A stretch of 23,188 nt of DNA from an uncultured archaeon (lineage in GTDB: Archaea; Iainarchaeota; Iainarchaeia; Iainarchaeales; CSSED10-239), in assembly GCA_964496765.1 (NCBI GenBank), contig CAZCAP010000001.1, forward strand, positions 1-23,188, in the 5' to 3' direction. Below, piece after piece: positions 13,567 to 20,980 of this stretch (positions are counted from its first letter, which is position 1; the number at the start of each line of letters is the position of its first letter). The notes under the pieces are model-generated. The model was not told where the DNA came from. It made no database searches and saw nothing but the letters and a program-made list of their open reading frames with translations. The position numbers were made by a program, and so were the translations under genes.

Positions 13567-15972
13567 ATGAATGATGATAATTTATTTGATAGAGAGACTT
13601 TGAAAGCAGTTTCATCGGACACAAGATCAGATATTTTGAAAATCCTAAACGAAAAAAATTATACTTTATCTGATATTTCTGGAAAACTTAAACTTAGTAA
13701 TCCTACTGTTAAAGAGCACCTTGATATTCTTTCAAGAAATCAACTAATTAAAAAAGAGGATACAGATAGGAAATGGAAATATTATTCTTTAACATCTAAA
13801 GGTAAATATTTTTGTGATAAATATAAAATTAAAGACGAACAAAAAAATGTTATTACAATGGAGACGAGCTATATGAAAAGAAATATGTTAATAGGAGGTG
13901 TTGTACTTTTACTTGCAGTAGGTATAATTATCTCAATAATTGGTTTTGGAGGACCAAATAATAACGGTGTATTTAATGGTATAAACTTATACAATAATTC
14001 AAATGATATAAACTTATACAATAATTCAAATGATATGCCTGTATATACCATAAACAAATTTACTTCTGATCAAGAATTAATTAATGCATTTAAGAATGCA
14101 AATAATAATTCCGGAGGACGTTATGGTGGTTTAGTTGATGGCCTAATGATGAAAGGAGCTACAATGGAAATGGCAACTGGGGCAGCACCACAGGTAGCAA
14201 ATGATTCATCATCAGCTGGAAGCTCAGATTATTCAGAAACAAATGTTCAGGTAGCAGGAGTTGATGAAGCAGACATAATCAAAACAGATGGAAAATACAT
14301 TTATGCATTATCAGGAGATAAGTTTTTTGTAATTGAAGCATATCCTGGAGAAGATGCAAAGATATTATCTGAAACAATAATTACAGATGAAAATACACAA
14401 TTCTATCCACAGGAATTGTTCATAGATGGGGATAGAATATTAATCTTTGGACAAGGAATGTATGAAATGGATCCTATTATCTATGAAAATCAACCAGAAT
14501 TAGATATGGTAATGATGCCCTACTATCCAAGATATGCTTCTGCAACATCAATTAAATTAATTGATGTTCAAGACAAAACAAATCCAGAAGTAATTAAAAC
14601 AGTGGACTTTGAAGGAAGTTATTTAACATCAAGAAAGATAGATGAATACGTTTATTTTGTAATAAATAGCTATCCTAACTTTGATTTAGTTGATGATGGA
14701 TGTATTAATATCCTACCAACCTACAAGGAAGCAATAGGTACAAGTGATTCAGAAGTGAAACCAATTGCAGCAAGTTGTACAGATATAGGATATGTTAGAC
14801 CATTGGAAGCAAGAAACTTTATAACAATTGCTTCAATCTCTATCTTGGATGAAACCAAGGATCTTACTAAAGAAACAATTGTTGGTTCTGGTCAAGACGT
14901 TTATGCATCTTTAGATAATATATATGTTACTCAAACAACACATCCAATTTACGGAATTGTTGGAGATATAATGACAGATGCAGATAATACAGTTAAGACT
15001 ACCATCACCAAGTTTAATTTGGATAATGATGAGATTAACTTTGTTGGCTATGGTTCTGTAAACGGAACTCTGTTAAACCAATTTGCAATGGATGAATATG
15101 ATAACCATTTCAGAATTGCAACAACAATTAATAGCTATTCAAATAATAAGGATACATCTACTAACAATGTATATGTACTTGATGATCAATTGGTTGTTAC
15201 TGGAAAAGTAGAGGGAATTGCTCCTGGTGAAAGTATTTATTCAGTAAGATTCATGGGCAATAGAGGATACATGGTAACCTTTAGACATGTTGATCCATTA
15301 TATGTTATAGATCTTTCAGACCCTGCAAATCCAGAAATACTTGGACAATTAAAAATTCCAGGCTACTCTGATTACCTACACCCATACGATGAAACACATC
15401 TAATTGGTATTGGAAAAGAGGTTGATGCTTCAATAGATGCAAACCTAGTACACACAGAAGGTGCAGTATATTACACAGCAATACAGGGTGTAAAGCTTGC
15501 AATCTTTGATGTGTCTGATGTATCCAATCCAATTGAAATGTACAAAGAAGTAATTGGAGATAGAGGAACAGAGAGTCTTGCAACAAGTGATCACAAAGCA
15601 TTCCTTTTTGATAAGGAAAAGAATCTCCTAGTAATTCCTATGACCGTTGCTGAATTAGCACCTGATCAATCAAAGAGTGATCAGGGACAATATACCTTTG
15701 ATGGAGCCTATGTGTATGATGTTTCACTTGAGAATGGATTTGATCTTAGAGGAAAGGTAACTCACATGGATAGTAATGATGATAGCCTATTAAAAGCTGG
15801 TTATTACTATTATGGTGGTAACCTAAGCATTAAGAGAAGTCTGTATATAAGTGATGTACTCTATACCCTATCAAATAATAAATTAAAATTAAATAATCTT
15901 AATACACTTGAACATATTAAGACTTTAATTTTAAACGAAGGAGATGGAGATCAACCAATGTACTATAGATGA
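13567..15972 (+). CDS. ArsR-type wHTH - TM - extracellular beta-propeller (Beta_propel/COG4880-type) protein
   Basis: The N-terminus (LKAVSSDTRSDILKIL..YTLSDISGKLKLSNPTVKEHLDIL) is ArsR-like, and one TM follows (MLIGGVVLLLAVGIIISIIGF). The C-terminus contains SVRFMGNRGYMVTFRHVDPLYVIDLSDPANPEILGQLKIPGYSDYLHP, typical of the secreted beta-propeller family. ATG 13567 (M32 of the track ORF) is preferred: the upstream 93 nt are AT-rich and promoter-like (ctttaaaaat about 30 nt upstream), so the transcript is probably leaderless. Confidence 0.8.
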   Translation: MNDDNLFDRETLKAVSSDTRSDILKILNEKNYTLSDISGKLKLSNPTVKEHLDILSRNQLIKKEDTDRKWKYYSLTSKGKYFCDKYKIKDEQKNVITMETSYMKRNMLIGGVVLLLAVGIIISIIGFGGPNNNGVFNGINLYNNSNDINLYNNSNDMPVYTINKFTSDQELINAFKNANNNSGGRYGGLVDGLMMKGATMEMATGAAPQVANDSSSAGSSDYSETNVQVAGVDEADIIKTDGKYIYALSGDKFFVIEAYPGEDAKILSETIITDENTQFYPQELFIDGDRILIFGQGMYEMDPIIYENQPELDMVMMPYYPRYASATSIKLIDVQDKTNPEVIKTVDFEGSYLTSRKIDEYVYFVINSYPNFDLVDDGCINILPTYKEAIGTSDSEVKPIAASCTDIGYVRPLEARNFITIASISILDETKDLTKETIVGSGQDVYASLDNIYVTQTTHPIYGIVGDIMTDADNTVKTTITKFNLDNDEINFVGYGSVNGTLLNQFAMDEYDNHFRIATTINSYSNNKDTSTNNVYVLDDQLVVTGKVEGIAPGESIYSVRFMGNRGYMVTFRHVDPLYVIDLSDPANPEILGQLKIPGYSDYLHPYDETHLIGIGKEVDASIDANLVHTEGAVYYTAIQGVKLAIFDVSDVSNPIEMYKEVIGDRGTESLATSDHKAFLFDKEKNLLVIPMTVAELAPDQSKSDQGQYTFDGAYVYDVSLENGFDLRGKVTHMDSNDDSLLKAGYYYYGGNLSIKRSLYISDVLYTLSNNKLKLNNLNTLEHIKTLILNEGDGDQPMYYR
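13981..14034 (+). repeat. Perfect in-frame 27-bp tandem duplication (INLYNNSND x2)
   Basis: ataaacttatacaataattcaaatgat occurs at 13981-14007 and again at 14008-14034, in the juxtamembrane linker of the beta-propeller protein. Confidence 0.95.
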
Positions 15973-16000
15973 AAAGGGAAGATATTCCCTTTTCATTTTA
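15972..16000 (+). terminator. Hairpin plus T-rich terminator candidate
   Basis: aaaaggga (15972-15979) and tccctttt (15986-15993) form a perfect 8-bp stem with a 6-nt loop, starting at the stop codon, followed by cattttatctttc. Confidence 0.5.
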
Positions 16001-16032
16001 TCTTTCATTAACTTAGGGTAGGAGTGTATTAA

Positions 16033-16716
16033 ATGAATTATAGAAAATTAAACTATATGTTTGTATTTGCTTTTTTACTTATTTCATTTGTATCAATAAA
16101 TGCGTGCACATCATTAAATAAGGGATTAAGCATTATTGTTCCTAATAGTTTTGAGGTTTTAGAAAAATCAGTAACTAATTTTTGTGCAGATAAAAATTGC
16201 GATAATTCATCAGAATATATTTGTGGACCTAATGATAATGGTGGATCAGATATATGTTGGAATTTAAAAAATAAGAATAAAACATATTATTACCCTAATG
16301 ATTTAAATACAATTTATGTTTTATTTGTAAAAGAGCAGGATAGCACTGGTAAATACAAATCTAATTTAGATCATTATAGGTTTGTTCAAGTAAATTCTGT
16401 GTTTGATCTCAAATATGAAGGTAATGATAATTCTGGGCCACCAGATATAGATGAACTTAAAATTGGTTTAAATCAGCTAATAGATGTTGGTATTATAAAA
16501 AATATGAAAAAGGAAGATTTAGATGAAATGAAGGGTACAAATCTTTATAATAATTATATTTTTTATGAATCTAATTTTTGTAGGATAGTTAACATATTTA
16601 ATAGAATGGATAAAACAAGAATAGGAAACTCTAATTGGTATTATACTACTGGGGGAAGAGAAGTATCCTACAATGCACTTGGTTGTGCTAAATTAGAATC
16701 GCTACAGAAATGTTGA
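16033..16716 (+). CDS. Secreted or lipid-anchored Cys-containing protein, unknown function
   Basis: N-terminal signal-like helix ending in SINAC, a possible lipobox-like Cys. Eleven Cys, and AGGAG SD upstream. No family recognised. Confidence 0.6.
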   Translation: MNYRKLNYMFVFAFLLISFVSINACTSLNKGLSIIVPNSFEVLEKSVTNFCADKNCDNSSEYICGPNDNGGSDICWNLKNKNKTYYYPNDLNTIYVLFVKEQDSTGKYKSNLDHYRFVQVNSVFDLKYEGNDNSGPPDIDELKIGLNQLIDVGIIKNMKKEDLDEMKGTNLYNNYIFYESNFCRIVNIFNRMDKTRIGNSNWYYTTGGREVSYNALGCAKLESLQKC

Positions 16717-16757
16717 ATTTTGGTCTAAAAGAACCTTATAATAGGGTAAAACCCCTA

Positions 16758-16783
16758 TTTATATATCTTTCCTAATATAATTA
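16758..16783 (+). promoter_or_regulatory. Promoter of the CxxC-x17-CxxC gene
   Basis: aaaacccctaTTTATATA (TATA 16758-16765) and TATAATTA at 16776-16783. This implies a 5' leader of roughly 100 nt before ATG 16883. Confidence 0.45.
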
Positions 16784-16882
16784 TAGTATATGCCTTGAGA
16801 GAAACTAATTATTATTATAATAATTCAAATTCTATAGTTAGTGAACAAGATAGGTAAAAAAAAAGGATAAAAAAATAGGTGA

Positions 16883-17086
16883 ATGAATATGGGTTTCGGT
16901 AGAGATGGTGGAGACAGAGATAGAGGAAATAGATTTAATAACAGAGGCGGAGGAAGTTTCCAACCAAGACAAATGCATAAAGCAAAGTGTTCTGAATGTG
17001 GACAAGATTGTGAAGTTCCATTCAAACCAACAGAAGGAAAGCCAGTTTTTTGTAGAGAATGCTACAATAAGAGAAGAGTTGATTAA
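16883..17086 (+). CDS. RGG-rich CxxC-x17-CxxC zinc-ribbon protein
   Basis: The N-terminus is Gly/Arg/Asp-rich (GFGRDGGDRDRGNRFNNRGGG). It is followed by CSEC-x17-CREC with the conserved VPFKP..G.PV.C..C pattern. AGGTGA at 16877-16882; ATG 16889 is an alternative start. Confidence 0.75.
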   Translation: MNMGFGRDGGDRDRGNRFNNRGGGSFQPRQMHKAKCSECGQDCEVPFKPTEGKPVFCRECYNKRRVD

Positions 17087-17110
17087 ATTCTAATCTCAAA
17101 CTAAAAAAAG

Positions 17111-17140
17111 GAGCTAGATTTTTTTCTAGTTTCTTTTCCT
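17111..17140 (+). terminator. Hairpin plus T-run terminator candidate
   Basis: ctaga (17114-17118) and tctag (17125-17129) pair across a T6 loop, extendable with A-U and G-U pairs, followed by tttcttttcc. Confidence 0.45.
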
Positions 17141-17182
17141 AACATCTTAATTCTTTTTCTAATAAATTAATCTAATTTTATT

Positions 17183-17201
17183 TTGTTATATTTCTTGGAC
17201 A
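17183..17201 (+). repeat. 19-nt element, copy B (TTGTTATATTTCTTGGACA, 18/19)
   Basis: Lies in the convergent spacer between the CxxC gene and pyrI. It ends 4 nt from the pyrI stop codon at 17206-17208. Confidence 0.8.
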
Positions 17202-17205
17202 TTAT

Positions 17206-17670
17206 TTAATATTTTATTTGTGCTAAATTTTGAATTTTCTCACAATAGATACATTTGAATCTGGTGTTATTATCTATTACTTTGAATTTTGTAGAAATTG
17301 GCTCAACATTTGTAATACAGTTTGGGTTATTGCAAGTAATTATTCTTTCAATCATTTCTGGCATTTTAACTATCCATTTCTTTACAACAACATTATCTCT
17401 AATAATGTTTATAGTTGTGTGCTCAGAAATAATTGCAACCTTATTTAGCTCATCTTCAGTAAGTTCTTTGTTTTCAATCTTAATTAGGTCCTTCTTTCCT
17501 TGCTTCTTACTGTCTAAGTTTTTCGCAATCACAATCAAAGTATCTATCTTGCTTAGATTCAATGCCTTATATATTCCAATTGCCTTACCAGCATCAATGT
17601 GGTCAATAACAACTCCGTTACTAATTACTCCAATTTTTCTAGGTTCAATATCATCCATATATCTTTTCAC
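17206..17670 (-). CDS. pyrI: Aspartate carbamoyltransferase regulatory subunit
   Basis: 154 aa. VIDHI in the N-terminal allosteric domain, and a C-terminal Zn cluster CNNPNC...CIYCEK. Confidence 0.9.
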   Translation of the reverse strand: MKRYMDDIEPRKIGVISNGVVIDHIDAGKAIGIYKALNLSKIDTLIVIAKNLDSKKQGKKDLIKIENKELTEDELNKVAIISEHTTINIIRDNVVVKKWIVKMPEMIERIITCNNPNCITNVEPISTKFKVIDNNTRFKCIYCEKIQNLAQIKY

Positions 17671-18601
17671 CCACTAGCCCTAGGCAAATGCAGAGTATAG
17701 CTTGCCTTACTGGAACTCCATTCTTTGCTTGCTTGAAATAGATATTATGTGTTGTAGAATCAACATCTGTTGTTATCTCATAAACCCTTGGAAGGGGATG
17801 CATAACAAGAATATCTTTATTTCCTTCTTTTTCAAGAATCTCTTTAGTTATTGTGTACTTCTTTTTTAAAGGTTCAATATCTATTGGCTCAACAATTCTT
17901 TCAACCTGTGTTCTAGTAACATATAAGATATCCAAATCCTTAAGGTTATTAATATAGGTATCTGAAACAATATACTTTATATTCTTTTTTTCAAGCAGAT
18001 CAAGATAATCTTTGCCTATTTGAAAATGATTATCTGCAATGAATTTAATTACTTTTGGATTGTATAAAGAAATTGCTTCAACAAGAGAATGAACTGTTCT
18101 TCCATATTTAAGATCCCCAAAAAAACCAATTGATAGATTATCTAGTCTTTTCTTTTCTTTCTTAATTGTATAGAGATCCAATAGGGTCTGAGTTGGATGT
18201 TGATTTGTTCCATCTCCTGCATTAATTATTGGTTTAGTTGTTATTTCGCTAGCTAAACGTGGTGCTCCTTCAAATTTTGTTCTCATAACAATTAAATCTG
18301 AATAATCAGAAATAATTTTAATTGAGTCAGAGAACGTTTCTCCTTTTTTTAAAGATGTGTTTGAAATATCATCAAATCCAATTGTGTTCCCACCAAGCTT
18401 TTTAACTGCTGTTTCAAAGGAAAGTTTTGTTCTTGTTGATGGCTCAAAAAAAAGGTTAGCAACAACTTTCCCATTAAGTATATCTTTGTATTTAGTTGGA
18501 TATTTTTCAATATCCTCAGCAATAGAAAGAATATAATTTATTTTAGAAACAGATAAATCTTGGATAGAGATGACACTTCGTATTTGGGTTTCACTAATCA
18601 T
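17651..18601 (-). CDS. pyrB: Aspartate carbamoyltransferase catalytic subunit
   Basis: STRTKLSFE, the carbamoyl-phosphate site HPTQ, and HPLPR. 316 aa. It overlaps pyrI by 20 nt. GGTAGGTGA SD and a TTTTAAATA TATA lie upstream on the minus strand. Confidence 0.95.
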   Translation of the reverse strand: MISETQIRSVISIQDLSVSKINYILSIAEDIEKYPTKYKDILNGKVVANLFFEPSTRTKLSFETAVKKLGGNTIGFDDISNTSLKKGETFSDSIKIISDYSDLIVMRTKFEGAPRLASEITTKPIINAGDGTNQHPTQTLLDLYTIKKEKKRLDNLSIGFFGDLKYGRTVHSLVEAISLYNPKVIKFIADNHFQIGKDYLDLLEKKNIKYIVSDTYINNLKDLDILYVTRTQVERIVEPIDIEPLKKKYTITKEILEKEGNKDILVMHPLPRVYEITTDVDSTTHNIYFKQAKNGVPVRQAILCICLGLVGEKIYG

Positions 18602-18754
18602 TTATATCACCTACCCTCTTACTATTAATTCTTGAATCAAACCTATTTAAAATAAGTTGGTTGGTTATGTAGCAATAACTAATTAATAAGTTTGATTAAT
18701 TTATTTTTTTTCTTTTAATTTCTATCCAATCTAGGCTGTGTTTTGCAGAATATC

Positions 18755-18775
18755 TTGGACACTTCTTTTGTCCAA
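18755..18775. promoter_or_regulatory. Perfect palindrome TTGGACA-N7-TGTCCAA (candidate dimeric regulator site)
   Basis: ttggacacttcttttgtccaa sits in the divergent spacer between pyrB (start 18601) and micro-ORF 3 (start 18838). It ends 5 nt before a TATA-like ttttattt at 18781-18788. Confidence 0.6.
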
Positions 18776-18837
18776 TATGCTTTTATTTCCTTTGGTTAAC
18801 CTTTTAATTAAACTAATAAATTTAAGGAGAAATGATT

Positions 18838-18945
18838 ATGGTTTGTGATTGTGGATGTGTGTCTAAAAAACCTGTAGCAAAAAAGAAAGTTGTTGTTGCA
18901 AAGAAGAAAATTGTTGCAACAAAAAAGAAAGTTAAGAAAAAGTAA
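18838..18945 (+). CDS. Cys/Lys-rich micro-protein, 35 aa (MVCDCGCVSKKPVAKKKVVVAKKKIVATKKKVKKK)
   Basis: Not in the ORF track. AAGGAG SD at 18824-18829, 8 nt before ATG 18838; an in-frame ATG at 18832 is too close to the SD. TAA at 18943-18945. It has the MV start and K/V/A composition of 2758-2838. Confidence 0.4.
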   Translation: MVCDCGCVSKKPVAKKKVVVAKKKIVATKKKVKKK

Positions 18946-19208
18946 TTGAAAATTCAGAAAATCAAAAGATCTGAAAAATAGGTGCTTTTCTTTGGGTAAA
19001 TTGAGGGCAATTACTCTACCCCAATCGCCTTCGATTTTTCATGCGTTTTCTAAGTTTTCTCGCAGATCTAGATTTTTCTCGAAAATTTAGCTTTTTCTTC
19101 ATTTTTTCATTGATTTTATGCGTTTTTGGTCGGCATAACAGTTATTATCAAGAACGGAGGTTTTTAAGATGCCGATAGGGTTTTAAATGCTTTCATTAAT
19201 ATTTTAAT
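18946..19208. other. GC-richer non-coding island with internal short repeats
   Basis: About 40% G+C over 19001-19060 against very AT-rich spacers elsewhere. Repeated words tttcatgcgtttt and ttttatgcgttttt. Inverted repeats tcggcat (19130-19136) / atgccga (19169-19175) and ttgggta / taccccaa (18991-19023). No ORF of 60 aa or more. Confidence 0.5.
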
Positions 19209-19220
19209 TTGGTGATAATT

Positions 19221-19625
19221 ATGGATTATGCACAATCTAAAGAATATAAAAAAAATTGGGATCGTGAGCATGTAGAAGATATTAAAATTAGAAAAAGAAT
19301 AAGAGGTGCTTTAATCAAGAAAGAACTAATTAAATATAAAGGTGGGGCTTGTTCAAGATGTGGATACAATAAAACTTCTGTTGCATTAACTTTTCATCAT
19401 CTACATAACCAAGATCAAAAGAAAGAATATGATATTGCAACTAAGATAGGGAATAGGTGTTCTCTTGAATCTATTAAAAAGGAAGCAGATAAATGCATTC
19501 TAGTTTGTGAGAATTGCCATAGAGAGATCCACCAAGAGATGACAGACAAAATAAATAAACCAATTGAAGAGGCTTATGTAGCTACATTAAATGAAGTAAG
19601 TAAAAAATCTTTATATACACTTTAA
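19221..19625 (+). CDS. HNH endonuclease domain protein
   Basis: CSRCGY..LTFHHL....CENCHREIH matches the CxxC...HH...CxxC.H. HNH/zinc-finger pattern. GGTGA SD at 19211-19215. ATG 19221 is preferred over TTG 19209. Confidence 0.8.
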   Translation: MDYAQSKEYKKNWDREHVEDIKIRKRIRGALIKKELIKYKGGACSRCGYNKTSVALTFHHLHNQDQKKEYDIATKIGNRCSLESIKKEADKCILVCENCHREIHQEMTDKINKPIEEAYVATLNEVSKKSLYTL

Positions 19626-19641
19626 TTGTTTGTGAAAATTG

Positions 19642-19660
19642 TGTCCAACAAATATAGCAG
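19642..19660 (-). repeat. 19-nt element, copy C (CTGCTATATTTGTTGGACA on the minus strand, 17/19)
   Basis: Lies in the convergent spacer, 3 nt after the stop of the minus-strand gene 19664-20284. On the plus strand GTGTCCAACAAATATA (19641-19656) is identical to 21802-21817. Confidence 0.8.
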
Positions 19661-19663
19661 ATT

Positions 19664-20284
19664 TTATTTATATCTCTTCGGTACTTTCACATAGTTTGGC
19701 AAAATAATTATTTCTCTTTTGAATTTTTCCTTGCTTACTAAATCAAGCTTTATGTTCTTTGAAACAAGTTGCTTATGTTTAATGTCTGAGAACCTAGCTT
19801 CCGTTTCTTTCACTAACCTAGTACTTTTGAGATTTTCTTCTGTAAACTTAATAGGCAAAGGAAGAGAATGTCCTCTCAGACCCATATACCCTTGAAAACT
19901 AAAATAATTATCAAAATAACTCATTGCAAGTTCACGAAGAGACTTGTACACAGGATATCTATATCTCAACCCAAGAAACTTGCTTTGGGCAATAGCTCCA
20001 TATAATCCTTTTACCTTAAACACACAAAGAACGTGATCTTCATCTCTTACAGCAGTTAAATCTATTAGGAAGGACTTGATTTTATGTTCTTGTAAAACAA
20101 AGCACGCAAAGATAGCTGCTTCAAGACAATCTCCTTTCTTTTCTCTTAGCACATCAAAAACAGATATTCTTTTTCCTGTGTTGTATCCTATTGAATTAAC
20201 AAACTTTTGGATCTTCCAAGGGGTGTTGAGTTTGTTTATTAGCCTTTGTTCTTCTTTGTTAAAAACATCTTTCATTCTAATCAC
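19664..20284 (-). CDS. Transglutaminase-like / papain-fold cysteine peptidase superfamily protein (putative)
   Basis: 206 aa. KKGDCLEAAIFACFVL (candidate nucleophile Cys at a helix start) is followed about 35 aa later by DHVLCVF. The assignment rests on motif resemblance only. Confidence 0.45.
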   Translation of the reverse strand: MIRMKDVFNKEEQRLINKLNTPWKIQKFVNSIGYNTGKRISVFDVLREKKGDCLEAAIFACFVLQEHKIKSFLIDLTAVRDEDHVLCVFKVKGLYGAIAQSKFLGLRYRYPVYKSLRELAMSYFDNYFSFQGYMGLRGHSLPLPIKFTEENLKSTRLVKETEARFSDIKHKQLVSKNIKLDLVSKEKFKREIIILPNYVKVPKRYK

Positions 20285-20377
20285 TTTCTAAAGATAAAGC
20301 ATGCAAAGATATTTAAACCTAATATACTACATATAATTAGGGTTTTAATGAAAGAAATTAATATAAATAATTAAGAG

Positions 20378-20623
20378 ATGATTTATATGTATGGAGATGT
20401 TAGGCCATCTATGTTTGGTAACAAGGCACAGGAAAAGCAAAAGCAAGTGCAAGCTGCAACTAAAGATGTTGCGTATCTTAGAAGACCCTATAGAGGAAGA
20501 GAAGTTATTGTTTACATTGATAAGGATGATAATTTTTATACAAACTTTGATAATACTAAATGTTCACACTTTTCTGAAGCTTTACAAAAAGCCTATGAAA
20601 AGATTAATCTTGGAGAATATTAA
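20378..20623 (+). CDS. Hypothetical small protein (81 aa)
   Basis: This frame has protein-like composition, and the overlapping frame 20391-20627 was rejected. The upstream promoter has atatttaaa (20309-20317) and TATAATTA (20332-20339). Start uncertain: 20378 or 20387. Confidence 0.45.
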   Translation: MIYMYGDVRPSMFGNKAQEKQKQVQAATKDVAYLRRPYRGREVIVYIDKDDNFYTNFDNTKCSHFSEALQKAYEKINLGEY

Positions 20624-20649
20624 TTAAAACAAAATAGGAGGCATAAAAA

Positions 20650-20964
20650 ATGCAAATTTTCGCTTTATTAGGACTTACTTTAGTAATTGTAGCATGGATA
20701 TTACAACTATTATCAACTATTAAGGGAAGTAAATCAATTCAACCACAATTCGTTTTATTTTATTTAATTGGTGTAATTTTTTTAGTAATTGATGGTTTTG
20801 CAGCAGGGCTTAATGATCTTGCATTCTTAAATCTTATAAGTTTCCTTGTATCACTTGCTGTGTTTATTAGGCTTGTAAGTAGAGAACACGAACACCCTAA
20901 GCCAATAGTTAGATCAAAGCCAATAGTTAAATCAAAAGCTAAATCTAAAAGAAAGAAGAAATAA
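20650..20964 (+). CDS. Small membrane protein (about 3 TM) with a basic repeat tail
   Basis: Strong AGGAGG SD. Three hydrophobic helices. The C-terminus is PKPIVRSKPIVKSKAKSKRKKK, which contains the internal repeat KPIV[RK]SK x2. Confidence 0.6.
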   Translation: MQIFALLGLTLVIVAWILQLLSTIKGSKSIQPQFVLFYLIGVIFLVIDGFAAGLNDLAFLNLISFLVSLAVFIRLVSREHEHPKPIVRSKPIVKSKAKSKRKKK

Positions 20965-20980
20965 TTTCTTTCTTTTTTTC

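Noticed and set aside
13869-14057. 62-aa minus-strand ORF over the 27-bp tandem repeat
   Set aside because: It is antisense to the beta-propeller gene, and its internal repeat simply mirrors the plus-strand duplication.
15305-15601. 98-aa minus-strand ORF inside the beta-propeller gene
   Set aside because: It is antisense to the most conserved part of the Beta_propel domain and has Leu/His/Gln-rich shadow composition.
16825-17025. 66-aa minus-strand ORF, and the 62-aa alternative plus frame 16905-17093
   Set aside because: Both overlap the frame that encodes the recognisable CxxC-x17-CxxC protein with its SD, and neither has any motif of its own.
17230-17677. Two plus-strand ORFs (72 aa and 140 aa) opposite pyrI
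   Set aside because: They are antisense to the confidently identified pyrI gene.
19016-19102. 28-aa basic minus-strand ORF (MKKKLNFREKSRSARKLRKRMKNRRRLG) inside the GC-richer island
   Set aside because: It has no SD or TATA upstream on the minus strand. It may be a remnant of a decayed foreign gene and cannot be supported as a gene.
18990-19180. Possible tRNA or tRNA fragment (att site) in the GC-richer island
   Set aside because: I could not fold a cloverleaf. There is no GTTCGAATC-type T-arm with complementary GC stems and no D-loop consensus on either strand.
20076-20291. 71-aa plus-strand ORF opposite the transglutaminase-like gene
   Set aside because: It is an antisense shadow with no SD.
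20391-20627. 78-aa alternative frame overlapping 20378-20623
   Set aside because: The two frames are mutually exclusive. The 20378 frame has more protein-like, diverse composition. This choice carries only moderate confidence.
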